From: Macrostomum lignano
Lineage: Eukaryota
Direction: 5' to 3'
Length of the DNA stretch: 64,000 bases
Assembly (NCBI GenBank): GCA_002269645.1
Contig: NIVC01002287.1
Location: forward strand, 21,429 to 85,428
A program made the position numbers and the translations under genes. The notes beneath the pieces were generated by a model. That model was not told the DNA's origin, ran no database searches, and saw only the letters and a program-made list of their open reading frames with translations. Below are positions 1 through 11,900 of this stretch, piece after piece (positions within the stretch are counted from its first letter, which is position 1; each line of letters begins with the position of its first letter).

Positions 1-7
1 ATTTTAA

Positions 8-2763
8 CCATGAGCAGACGGATGGCCCGAATTCGGGTCATGGCTCAACACCCAAAGCCAACGGGAATTTTTTATATCTATGGCCAAAAAACCAGCAAAA
101 TTGGCACACCCGTTCTGGACTGATGTGGCCCGAAAACGGGTCAAGTAGTGGCCAATAAGATAGTGAAAACGCACTTAGAAAAGATAGCCTGTAACAAAAC
201 AAAGTAATTTCAATTACTCATATATTTTTCTTCTGTTTAAAAGTTAACGGTTTAAGTTATATTAGAACATAGTGAAGTGGGGTCATTTCTTTACTGGTCA
301 AAACTGGAGGGAAGCTGTCACAATTGTCATGCTGTCACGTCATTTTCTGTGGAGTTGATTTTAGAAAACTTTTAGAAAACTGGAAAGAAACAGGTAATCT
401 AAAAGCAACAAGCATCTAAATTTATTATAACTCCAAATTAATACGGAATAATGTAATTTCTATCCACGATAATGCAACAAATATATTGTTTTATTTCAAG
501 GGGCCTTGGTGCTAGGACTGAGGTCTAGGAGCTGAGAGACCGGGTCCCTGGATTGATTGCGAATCCTCGCCATCTCTAACACCCCCTGCCTCCCCCCGTC
601 TCTGCGCCTGCGGTTATCACTCGGCGAATCCGCCCCTTCCTATTGTAATTCCCTCACCTCTACCCCTCTGCTTATGACCCTACCCTCTTCTACTGTTTTC
701 TGATTCCTACGTCCCATATTAGTAGTTTCTGTAACCAGGACAATTTCTGGACTATTTGGAACCAGGGGCTGTGGTGGCACCAGTTCAAAATGGAGTCAAA
801 ATAGAAAAGCAAATGTGCGGAAAGGGTGGATACTACAATATTTTCTATACTGTCTAATACACATCGCCAGGCGTCAGACCTAATTGGTATGAAATTGCAT
901 GAAGCAAGCACCAAGGCAGAGTGCTGGCATTCCCGGGCAAGCTTCGCATACAAACACTGTCTTCTTCAATTGGCCAGCCGCATAGCATACTCGGCATCGT
1001 TTGCGTGGCCGAGCCTGGTCCCCGTGTCTGGGAGCTTTGCTTGGAGAATGAGCAGCAGCTCCATTGCCTACAGCTTCAGCGCCAGCACCGGCAGCTGCTC
1101 CATCTGGCATTCGACCGCGTCGCCTGGCAACACCAGTGTCCTCCAACAGATATTTGACTGCGAGCCTTATAAACTGCAAGAAGGTCTTTGTTCCGCCCGA
1201 TTGCTTGAAGATGACCCAGGCATTTCTCACAAGCATCAGGAAAAGGTGGAACCCAAGCTTGTGGAACCAGCGCATGCTCTTACGATTGGCTAGGTATGGG
1301 TGCATTGAAGCGTCCAGATGGTCAACACACCCATGCTGGCACAGTATGCTAACACACTTACAGGCTTCGGCACCACCTGCACGGCACCTCCACGACGGGT
1401 ACGATGGACCTGGATGCAATCAGCTTTTCCTGCTGTATCTAGCAGATATACAGTTTTTGTGCCGCTCTGCTTCCTGTCGACAAATTTGCAAGCCAGTAGG
1501 TCCCCTGAGCGAGCGAATGCAGATGAAGTCGGATGTAGGTTGGCAGCTTGCAGTTCAGCTGGGATACCGCGGTTTTTCCGTACTGTTCCGGTTAGCAGCG
1601 TATCATGCTGCAGCAGCCAAGTAGCCAGCCGCTGAGACGTAAACCAACTGTCGGTGAAGACGTGGTGTCCAAGATTAAGCAAACCGCGGCACAGTTCTGC
1701 AACAACCTTCTCACTCATCGTCAAGTCCTGACACCCGAGGCCTTCATCGAACTGATTATTGACCTCCGGGAATGTGTGGACGACGAAGTTCCATAAGTAC
1801 GCAGTCTCACAGATACAATACATTTTAATTCCGTATTTACTTTTCTTTGTTGGAATGTACTGTTTAAAAGCAACTCTGCCCTTGTACAAAACGAGTGTCT
1901 CATCAACCGACAGTCGCTGCCGTGGCATGTAATTGTTGCTGCACAGATGCTTTACGCTGTGCAGAAAGGGCTCCATCTTTGCCAGAGGGCCGTCTCCTAA
2001 AGCCTCAGCGCAGTTGTAAAAACGCAGGCAGGACAGCAGCTGCTTGAAGCGGTCTCTTGAGAGCGAGAATGGCTTGGCCAGAAGGGAGCAATGAAACGCT
2101 GGATCGGTTGACCAGTATAGTTGGCGATTTCCGGCTTCTTGTCGACACCCATCAAAAGCACGATTCCCACTAACTTACGAACTTCATCCGTCGTTGAGTC
2201 CCGCCATTTCAACACTTGCTTCGGCAGTGCAGCCTCTGTTTCGGCTTCTTGAAAGATTCTCCAAGCCTTAGCATTAGTCCAATTGCTGAGGTCTTCGAAC
2301 AACTGGTCTGGAAAAAAAAGCTTTAGGAAAGCATCTTCGTTTCCATCAGCAGTTGGTGGAGGCTGCCAGTCTGGTCGGATGCCAGGTGTTCCGAGAAAAT
2401 CGGGTAGGGCTGATGGCCTGTTGTCCTCATTCGGTTGAACCATGTGCCACCCACCGGCTTGCTCGTTGTTCTCAGCGATGTCCATCTTTCGAAAAGTTTC
2501 GAAAGTTTCGAAAGTTTCGAAAGTGGAATACTGACTCAACGAAGTATCAGAGTCGAAACTGGCGTCTGAATCCATGTATATTTGCTTGAAACAGAAAATC
2601 TCTGTGCAAACTCTACGCGCAGGCAGTCAATAAGTATAAGTGAAGTCTATGTAGAAACTCTGTGGTACTTTAGAAACTGTTCCCGGCGGGAATGGGTGTG
2701 AGCATTACAAGAAAAAATTTGTCTATGGCCCGATTTCGGGCCAAGCCGTCGGGAACGGGTGTG
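8..2763 (-). mobile_element. piggyBac-superfamily DNA transposon (defective as sequenced)
   Basis: Contains a piggyBac transposase. TTAA at 4-7 precedes the left end. The palindromic motif TGGCCCGAwwwCGGGyCA occurs at ~23-40, ~126-143 and ~2726-2743. 105-143 and 43-65 match 2725-2763 and 2682-2703 in inverted orientation. No TTAA at the expected right boundary, so that end is approximate. Confidence 0.8.
880..2575 (-). pseudogene. piggyBac transposase with two frameshifts
   Basis: Joining ORFs 1997-2575, 1290-1976 and 880-1419 gives KPEIANY-WSTDPAFH...RDRF, the DDD triad (SVDETL, FTDSWFTS, MG-G-VDHLD) and a C-terminal Cys-rich domain (CRVC...CEACPGMPALCLGACFMQFH). Frameshifts: 2-bp TA insertion at ~2116-2119 and 1-bp loss at ~1328. 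Confidence 0.93.
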
Positions 2764-5700
2764 GACCAAAGAGAGGTCAGTCTCGTAGTCGTTAAGACAA
2801 AATTAGGAACATTTGAGAAGCCTACTGAGTCGGTATTTGCTTTGAATTCAGCCAGGGAAGCCTCTATGGTCGAAGCGCAGTGACGATAGAGGCTTCCCTG
2901 ATTCAACTTTAAAATGCAAGCAGATGTACCAGGCGTACAAATGTATCAAATGTCCTTTCGGCCCACAGACTATGGCAGCTGCTGATGTCTATGGGACAAA
3001 AGTACGAGTAGATGCTTGCCGAGCGGCTTCAGTTGCGAGGGCTGCCTTGGCATTCTATATTAACTATAGATATTTCTCCGGTTCGAGCTGCATTTATAGG
3101 TCACAGCTGCATTCTGGGACTGTTTGCTGCTCTCCAATAGTACTTTTCAGCATGTCAATAGACCAATTATTAGTTTGGAAGCTGAGCTATTACCAATATA
3201 GTGCCAACATTAAAGTTGCTGTCCTCCGTTGTCTGCAAAAAAACTTAAAGGATTAACAAAATGTTCAGCAATTCTTATAAAACTGTTTTGTATTAGACAG
3301 CATTTCAATAATTCCAACGCTTTTTGAAGTTCACAATTTTTTTCGCTAATTCGAGTTGAGTCTCTTGCATAGTAAAAAACGAACTTCAATAAATCTATAG
3401 GAGGGTATGCTGTGGCAGCAGTGAGTTGCGACATGCAAGCCTGCAGCAAGTCTTCCCTATGCTTACCATGCAAATGTATATCTCTTTTCTATTCAGCGAA
3501 CGTGACTTGGAATTCGCATTTCTCACTCTGAATGAACGCCTCTGCACAGCACTAAAGCATCCGGATTTTAAGTTAGTTCCGATAGTCCACACGAGAGTAA
3601 TTCAATTTCAGAAATAAGCCGTTTGCTACAAGCAGAAGTCTTTCAAAGACTTGTTATTTGCATTTGTCGTATAGCTATGTCACACAGTGCTATGGCAGGC
3701 TGCTTGTTTTGCCCGCATTCAGGGCTCTCAAAACTGTCGTTTCCGTGGCGCGAACAAACAGCTTAAAGTCAAAGTCGCTGGTGATAATAAAGTTAGACAG
3801 TAGTGTTGACAGCACACTATAACAGCGCAGTTCAAAATGCTATATGCTTGCCCGTAGAAAATCTATACTTGGAACTTCTGCTTATAACATTTTCTTTGCA
3901 TAATACGCCACACACCTACTAGTTCCAAATTCTTGTACTTCAAAACTAAGCCTTGAAGGCTGAAAGGCTGAAAAGATACTGTAATGTTAAACTAGTTTTT
4001 TTGTAAGCTATCCAAATTCGAAGAAGTATTAACAAATGACTTTCAAGCAGCTAATGTGCATCCAAGTTGAACGAATGCATCTTCAATGAGACAATGCATA
4101 CAGAAAAACGGTTAAATGTAAATGTTGTCGGATACGGATTTTGATATTGCAATCCAAACAATATTAGTATAGCTTCCGTGTAGGTTTTTGGGCTTTAAAG
4201 AACTCACGGTAGCAAATGCTCTGTGTGACTTTCTTCTAAAAATCACGGACACATTAATTCTTTACGTTGGGTACATAAAGAACTGTATTGACAAGGCAAA
4301 TACGAGCCAGTCTGTAGCTGTCTTATAAACGGATCTGAATTGCTATTCATGTAGTTTTCCGCCTTTATCGCATTTTGCTAAGCTCATCCCTTTTTACGCT
4401 AAAAAAATCACGCGCCAATAGCAAAAATTAATCCAGTTATAACTACCCGAGTTCTCTTGATTTCGGTTGATTGTACAATGCAGCACATATATATGTCTCG
4501 TTAGCGTTTCAAGACTTCCGTTTTGTACATTTTAGTTTTTTGTTTTGCTTTCCCGCTAAGCGCATGATGTTGGTCTAATTAGCCTCTATGAAGCCTGTGC
4601 TCGAACTGTTTACGTTCTCTAGTACACCAAATTTTAGACCCACTTGTGACTCTTGGGACTGTGCTTAAAGGCAACAATCGAAGTGCTTATTTATACACAC
4701 AGATTAGTTTAAAATTAAAGTTTTTATCTCTTTCTGCTTGGTTGTTAGCTCAGAAAAAATATATAGACAAAATAGGGTCCATGAACGTCAGAAAATACAC
4801 TTTTTCCTAATTTTCACCTGTGTGCATTTGTTATAATATGTATATTCATCAAAGCTTCACCTCCGTTTCTAACATGGTCTTTTTAAAAGAACTGCATAAC
4901 TGCATAATTTTGTGTTTTAGGCTTAGCTATGCTCTTTAAAGTAGAATTGTTTTGCTGCTCAAACTTTTACCCAATATGACAATTGAAGCTGTTACAAGCA
5001 TCTTCAAAGTTACAATAAAATGCTTTCTTTTTCGAAAACTTTATTACTTTCTGTTACAATCTACTAAACTGAAAAATTATTAAACTATTAATAAATGCTA
5101 GGCCTATCGCCATACAGATGACTGTAAATCTGTATGATTACTGTCTGACGGACGAAGACTGCTTAATTTTATGTTGGCCTATTTAACAGAAAACAATAAA
5201 ATAGAATATTATATACAACAATATGCTTAGCCCTCTTCAATTTGTTGTTTTTACACCATATATTAGTGCCTACTTTACTACATCATTTAATTGTTAACCA
5301 AAAACTCTTGCTTTTGCATTAGATTTTAAGCTAATATAGTTATTTAAATAGATATTCTAATCAATTCACCATCAATGAATTTTTAGCTGAGCCTATTGCT
5401 GTTTAAACTATGAACAATCATCTTCTATAAAAGCTTACTTACAGGTTTTTATTTAAATATCTTATTTAAATTTAAATGTGACATGTTTTGTTCATTTAAC
5501 ATAGTTTTTTCACTGTATTTTAGTACAGAACAGTTAATTATATCAGTGAGTAAAACATATTAATAAAAAAGATGCAATTTAATTGTCAATATTATTTAAA
5601 TATTCAGTCAAATTTGTATTCAATTCATCAAACTTTTTTTGCAAATCAAAATGTTCTGTTTGTTTATTTAGCTATAGTTCAAAATAAAGCATAGTTCTAT

Positions 5701-5819
5701 ACAGTTACAGCTTTAATCAGATTGTTCTCTCAATTATATATAACTTTACCCAAGACCCTATCTAACCCTACCCTAGCCCTACCATAAAGCTAATCATCTC
5801 TGCCACCTGCAGTGCACTG

Positions 5820-6302
5820 ATGCACTCCATGGTAAGCGAGGCCACCCGGCAGCTCCGCATTAATGACGCCTTTGCCAATGCTGACGCCGACTCGGATGGC
5901 CGGCTTTGCCGCGGTGACGTGAAGGTCGCCTGGATCGAGCTCTTTGGCTACAAGCCCTGCCGCAGGGAGCTCGACCTCATCATGCAGTCGCAGCCCGCAG
6001 TTGCTGGCCCCACTGATGATTTCGTGACTCTCGACACCTTCCGGCGACTGGCTTCAGCTCGGATGTCGCGTCTGGACGCCGATGGTCAGCTCCGGCACGC
6101 CTTTGCCGCGCTGGACTCCGGCGGCCGGAATTTCCTCCGGGCCGAGGACCTGCGCCGCGCTGTCGGTCTCCTTGCGCCGCGATTGGCTGCCGGCGGCTTC
6201 GCCGTTGACCGCGCTTTCGCCGAAGTGGACGCCGACGCTGACGGCCGAGTCACCTATCGGGACTTCGAGTTCGCCATGAAGTTTGACCCGGATCAGCGAT
6301 GA
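5820..6302 (+). CDS. EFCAB11: EF-hand calcium-binding domain protein 11-like, single coding exon
   Basis: LFGYKP, RHAFAALD..GRNFL..EDLRRA and AFAEVDADADGRVTYRDFEFAM match the EFCAB11 pattern as recalled. Start is ATG 5820 or 5829. Confidence 0.88.
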   Translation: MHSMVSEATRQLRINDAFANADADSDGRLCRGDVKVAWIELFGYKPCRRELDLIMQSQPAVAGPTDDFVTLDTFRRLASARMSRLDADGQLRHAFAALDSGGRNFLRAEDLRRAVGLLAPRLAAGGFAVDRAFAEVDADADGRVTYRDFEFAMKFDPDQR

Positions 6303-6585
6303 GACTACTTCCCCAGTCTACTTCTCCACTCTCCTTCCCCAGTCTACTTCTCCACCCTCCTTCCCGAGTCTACTCCGCTCTCCTTCCCCAGTCACTTCTC
6401 CGCTCTCCTTTCCGAGTCTGCTTCTCCACTCTCCTTCCCTAGTCTACTTCTCCGCTCTCCTTCCCGAGTCTACTCCGCTCTCCTTCCCCAGTCACTTCTC
6501 CGCTCTCCTTTCCGAGTCTGCTTCTCCACTCTCCTTCCCTAGTCTACTTCTCCGCTCTCCTTCCCGAGTCTACTTCTCCACTCTA
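6303..6585. repeat. Pyrimidine-rich degenerate tandem repeat (ctccttccc.agtctacttctccactct-like) starting at the EFCAB11 stop codon
   Basis: Repeated AGTCTACTTCTCC / CTCCTTCCC blocks are visible, including a duplicated ~114-bp block. Confidence 0.85.
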
Positions 6586-6834
6586 TTTTCCAGAATGGAC
6601 TATAATATATATTATAGTGATGCAGCATTTGTCCTCAGCTTGCGAAACAGGGATAGAATACTCTATGTCATCAGGTGTTTATAAAGCCAGTTCTATTTAA
6701 ATAGTGTTTAAATTTACATTTCTCAATACGAGCTGGTTCTCGTGCAGAAACTCGTTCGAATCTAAGCAAATCTGAGGCCGCTTCTCTGCGTTTGTTAATT
6801 TGATATTAGCAGATCTTGAGATGGCTCATCCGTT

Positions 6835-7815
6835 GACCGATCCATCCCTGACTCCCGACCGATCCATCCCTGACTCCTGACCGATCCATTCCTGACTCCT
6901 GACCGATCCATCCCTGACTCCTGACCGATCAATCCCTGAATCATTCCTGACCGATCAATCCCTGAATCATTCGTGACCGATCAATCCCTGACTCCTGACC
7001 GATCAATCCCTGAATCATTCCTGACCGATCAATCCCTGAATCATTCGTGACCGATCAATCCCTGAATCATTCGTGACCGATCAATCCCTGACTCCTGACC
7101 GATCAATCCCTGAATCATTCCTGACCGATCAATCCCTGAATCATTCGTGACCGATCAATCCCTGAATCATTCGTGACCGATCAATCCCTGAATCATTCCT
7201 GACCGATCAATCCCTGAATCATTCCTGACCGATCAATCCCTGAATCATTCGTGACCGATCAATCCCTGAATCATTCCTGACCGATCAATCCCTGAATCAT
7301 TCCTGACCGATCAATCCCTGACTCCTGACCGATCAATCCCTGACTCCCGACCGATCCATCCCTGACTCCCGACCGATCAATCCCTGACTCCTGACCGATC
7401 CATCCCTGACTTCTGACCGATCCATCCCTGACTCCTGACCGATCAATCCCTGACTCCTGACCGATCAATCCCTGACTCCTGACCGATCAATCCCTGACTC
7501 CTGACCGATCAATCCCTGACTCCTGACCGATCAATCCCTGAATAATTCCTGACCGATCAATCCCTGACTCCTGACCGATCAATCCCTGAATAATTCCTGA
7601 CCGATCAATCCCTGACTCCTGACCGATCAATCCCTGACTCCTGACCGATCAATCCCTGACTCCTGACCGATCAATCCCTGAATAATTCCTGACCGATCAA
7701 TCCCTGACTCCTGACCGATCAATCCTTGAATAATTCCTGACCGATCAATCCCTGACTCCTGACCGATCAATCCCTGAATCATTCCTGACCGATCAATCCC
7801 TGACTCCTGACCGAG
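6835..7815. repeat. Composite minisatellite of 22-bp (tcaatccctgactcctgaccga) and 26-bp (tcaatccctgaatcattcctgaccga) units, roughly 40 units
   Basis: Direct reading of the sequence. Confidence 0.97.
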
Positions 7816-8991
7816 CAAATCCCCTGACAGATCGATCCTCTGACCGACAACCTCCTGACCAATTCCTGACTCAGTTACTCATGATCAATTCAGCGATACG
7901 AGATCAGCTTAGCCAAAGCATGCCCAGGTTACAAACGTACCAGCTGCTAATGCACTTGGGTTTCGTTGTTAATCCGGCGGTGTATTTTTACAGCTTAAAA
8001 AGTAGCAACAGATGCAGTTCTCTTTCTGCCTACTCAGATCTACGTCATATGGGGAGCTGATAACTGAAGCACGTATTCAGGCTAACTAAATATGGAAATT
8101 CAGACTTCTGTGCGGGCAGAATTCAAAATCTCATTGCTTTAAGATTTCATGAATAAAAAAATTGTATCGGAACTGAGGATCATTTGCAAATTCATCCCGC
8201 AGTTGAAATTCTGCAATGGTTAGAATACAGTGTAACAATTTCGACTGAAGAATGAAGCGTCTTGAAGAATTCTGCGGGCAAGCCATTCTTAAATTTCTTA
8301 GCTTAGTCTCTGATTTCGATGCATCTTCAGTAGATTGCTTGTGCCAAAAAGCTCCAATTACTCGAAAGAGATAAAAAATTACCAATATTGTAAAAATCTT
8401 TACTTTTAAGCTTCTCATTGCACAGCAGAACTCTCAAGTAGGCAAAAATGTCAATAAAAGCGCAAAAACTACACACGGTACGCATCGAATTTCAAATTCG
8501 CGCCAAAAGAGCGTTACTGTTTACGAGCTTTTAAACATCATTCAAATACCATTAAACGCCTAACAATTAATCGACTTTCTAAGATGAGATTTCTCAGCTA
8601 AATGTATGACTCTCGCGCCATACGACGACCCCTGGTTCGATTCCGTGCGCTGTAATATTCATTCGGGGCTCGTGTGCAGAAAAATTGGCCCAGGGGGGTT
8701 GTCGTGTGATTCACGCTTGTGTGTGCTGAGAAGTCAGCGGAATGGGCAGAATAATTTTTCATTTGGTATATTAGCGTTGCTTAGCAATATCTGTTTTGGC
8801 GCGAATTCGAATTCAACAACACAAAACTTGTCTACTCAGCGCTGATTTACCGAAAACAAAGTGTTAAATTCTATTTAAAAAGTGTAATTATTAGTGGTCC
8901 TAGATGAGCTCGCAGCTATACGCAATCATCAATGTTCGAGTAAATTCGCAGTTTTATTTTGTCAATAAAAATAAAGCTGAGTCCCAGTTCG

Positions 8992-11900
8992 TCACAGGCC
9001 GCTTGGATTCCTGCCCTGCCAGATCCACACAAAGTCGTCGCATCCATTTGACGACCCGGCAGCTCCAGTCGCCGGGTCTCGCGGCCTACCGCGAGCCTCT
9101 AGCAGGTCCAGCTTCTCCGCAGCTTCATCCTGGCCTATACGGCTGACGTCGGTGACGTCGAGGACTCGCTGCTGCTCGTCCAGTCCGAGACCCACGGCTT
9201 CCACCGGCGAATCTCGCGGCTGGCCGCGAGCCGCCGCTGCCGACTCGGAGCGTCGGTCGAACACCATTCGGTAGAGCAGCTCGACGCATTCGACAAAGAA
9301 GGCCAGAGTCAGTCCGATGTACATCGAGCACAGACCGCCGATCCGGCTGAACAGGGCGTTGATTGTCAGCACGATCTTCTCCTGGCGCACCAGAGTATTG
9401 TTCGACTGGCGCTTCACCACCACGTACGTGAAGCTGTCGTTAAACTGGAAGGTGCCGGCGTCGCTGCCGCGCAGCAGTTGCGGATCCGTGATGTTCTGCA
9501 TCCTGAAGTATTCCAGCAGTTGCTCGAGGTTGCTTCTGAACTCCGCCTCCGGTGTTTTTCTCTTCTCGAGACTGTTGATGTGCGAGGCCCACTTCTCAGA
9601 GACTTCCTTGATCCAGTGCAGCATCCACTGGGTGTCCCGCCACTTGGTCACGGACAGCTCCTTCTCGTAGCTGAGCTGCTGACATCTCGGCAGGCACTCG
9701 CTGGCCTCGAAGGCCTGCCGGATTCTCCTCTGGTCCAGAGTGCTGGCGCATTCGGCCCTCTCGTAGATTTTCTCGTCCAGGTGGGCGCAGTATGGGTGCG
9801 TCTTGTTCGGAGGCGTCACAGAAGGCATCTCCACGTAGAGGCAGCGGCAGGAGCTGAGGAAGGCCTCCTGGACTCGGGAGTTCAGACAAAGCTCCTGGTC
9901 GTAGGCGTACCTGCGGAGTATGCGGTTCTGAGCAGGTCACTGCGACTGTAGCCTGGAGAACTACAGGTAAAACCCTATGGTTCGTGTTTTGAAGCTAAGA
10001 ACCAGCTACAAGAAAATAATAGCTCTCCTACCCCAATCTCCTACCCCACTCAACCCCACTTCTCCTACCCCAGTCCAAGGACTACTAGACTAGAACGAAG
10101 TGTTCCTAGTGGTCCTTGACTCAGCCAACACCACTTCTTCTACCCCAGCCAACCCCACTTCTCCTACCCCAGCCAACTCCACTTCTTCTACCCCAGCCAA
10201 CCCCTTCTCCTACCCCAGCCAACCCCACTTCTTCTACCCCAGCCAATCTCACTTCTTGTACCCCAGCCAATCCCACTTCTCCTACCCCAGCCAATCCCAC
10301 TTCTCCTACCCCAGCCAACTCCACTTCTTCTACCCCAGCCAATGCCACTTCTTCTACCCCAGCCAATCCCACTTCTTCTACCCCAGCCAATCCCACTTCT
10401 CCTACCCCAGCCAATCCCACTTCTCCTACCCCAGCCAATCCCACTTCTCCTACCCCAGCCAATCCCACTTCTCTTACCCCAGCCAATCCCACTTCTCCTA
10501 CCCCAGCCAATCCCACTTCTCCTACCCCAGCCAATCCCACTTCTCCTACCCCAGCCAATCCCACTTCTCCTACCCCAGCCAATCCCACTTCTCCTACCCC
10601 AGCCAATCCCACTTCTCCTACCCCAGCCAATCCCACTTCTCCTACCCCAACTAACCCCTTCTCCTACCCCAGCCAACTCCACCCCAATTCTACTATGCGG
10701 TGCAAATTTTGAGAAAAATGAGACCAGTAAAAGCTTTACTAACAGTTTTCCAAAGTCGACAAATTTTCGAAAATTTTGACGCTCATCTTCAGCGCTGACG
10801 CACGGATTCTTTGGCGTGTTGGCCCGGATGAAGCGGACTGGCTGGTAATTGATCTCGTTCATCTTGCCCGGCTCAGTCTGGATGCCCTGTTCCAGGATCT
10901 GGGGGTTCCAGGGTGGCAGTACAAATGCAATTTCAGCTCAGAGATCGTCTAATAATAGTGAATTATTACTGTAAAGCATGGCGCTTAATGTGCTTTAACA
11001 GGTTCAGCTTGAGCATTATCGGGTAAGTGATGGTCCAGGTTGAGCACCATCGGGTTAGCGATGGTCCAGCTTGAGCACCATCGGGTTAGTGATGGTCCAG
11101 CTTGAGCACCATCGGGTTAGCGATGGTCCAGCTTGAGCACCATCGGGTTAGCGATGGTCCAGCTTGAGCACCATCGGGTTAGCGATGGTTCAGCTTGAGC
11201 ACCATCGGGTTGGTGATGGTCCAGCTTGAGCACCATCGGGTTAGCGATGGTTCAGCTTGAGCACCATCGGGTTGGTGATGGTCCAGTTTGAGCACCATCG
11301 GGTTAGTGATGGTCCAGCTTGAGCACCATCGGGTTAGCGATGGTCCAGCTTGAGCACCATCGGGTTAGTGATGGTCCAGCTTGAGCACCATCGGGTTAGC
11401 GATGGTCCAGCTTGAGCACCATCGGGTTAGCGATGGTTCAGCTTGAGCACCATCGGGTTGGTGATGGTCCAGCTTGAGCACCATCGGGTTAGCGATGGTT
11501 CAGCTTGAGCACCATCGGGTTGGTGATGGTCCAGTTTGAGCACCATCGGGTTGGTGATGGTCCAGCTTGAGCACCATCGGGTTAGTGATGGTCCAGTTTG
11601 AGCACCATCGGGTTAGTGATGGTCCAGCTTGAGCACCATCGGGTTAGCGATGGTTCAGCTTGAGCACCATCGGGTTGGTGATGGTCCAGCTTGAGCACCA
11701 TCGGGTTAGCGATGGTTCAGCTTGAGCACCATCGGGTTGGTGATGGTCCAGCTTGAGCACCATCGGGTTAGCGATGGTTCAGCTTGAGCACCATCGGGTT
11801 GGTGATGGTCCAGCTTGAGCACCATCGGGTTAGCGATGGTTCAGCTTGAGCACCATCGGGTTGGTGATGGTCCAGCTTGAGCACCATCGGGTTAGCGATG

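Noticed and set aside
5748-5783. Telomere-like CCCTAA variants (accctatctaaccctaccctagccct)
   Set aside because: Only 4-5 degenerate units; not a convincing interstitial telomere.
8600-8660. tRNA gene at the GGTTCGATTCC B box
   Set aside because: No convincing A box or cloverleaf; kept only as part of the candidate MITE.
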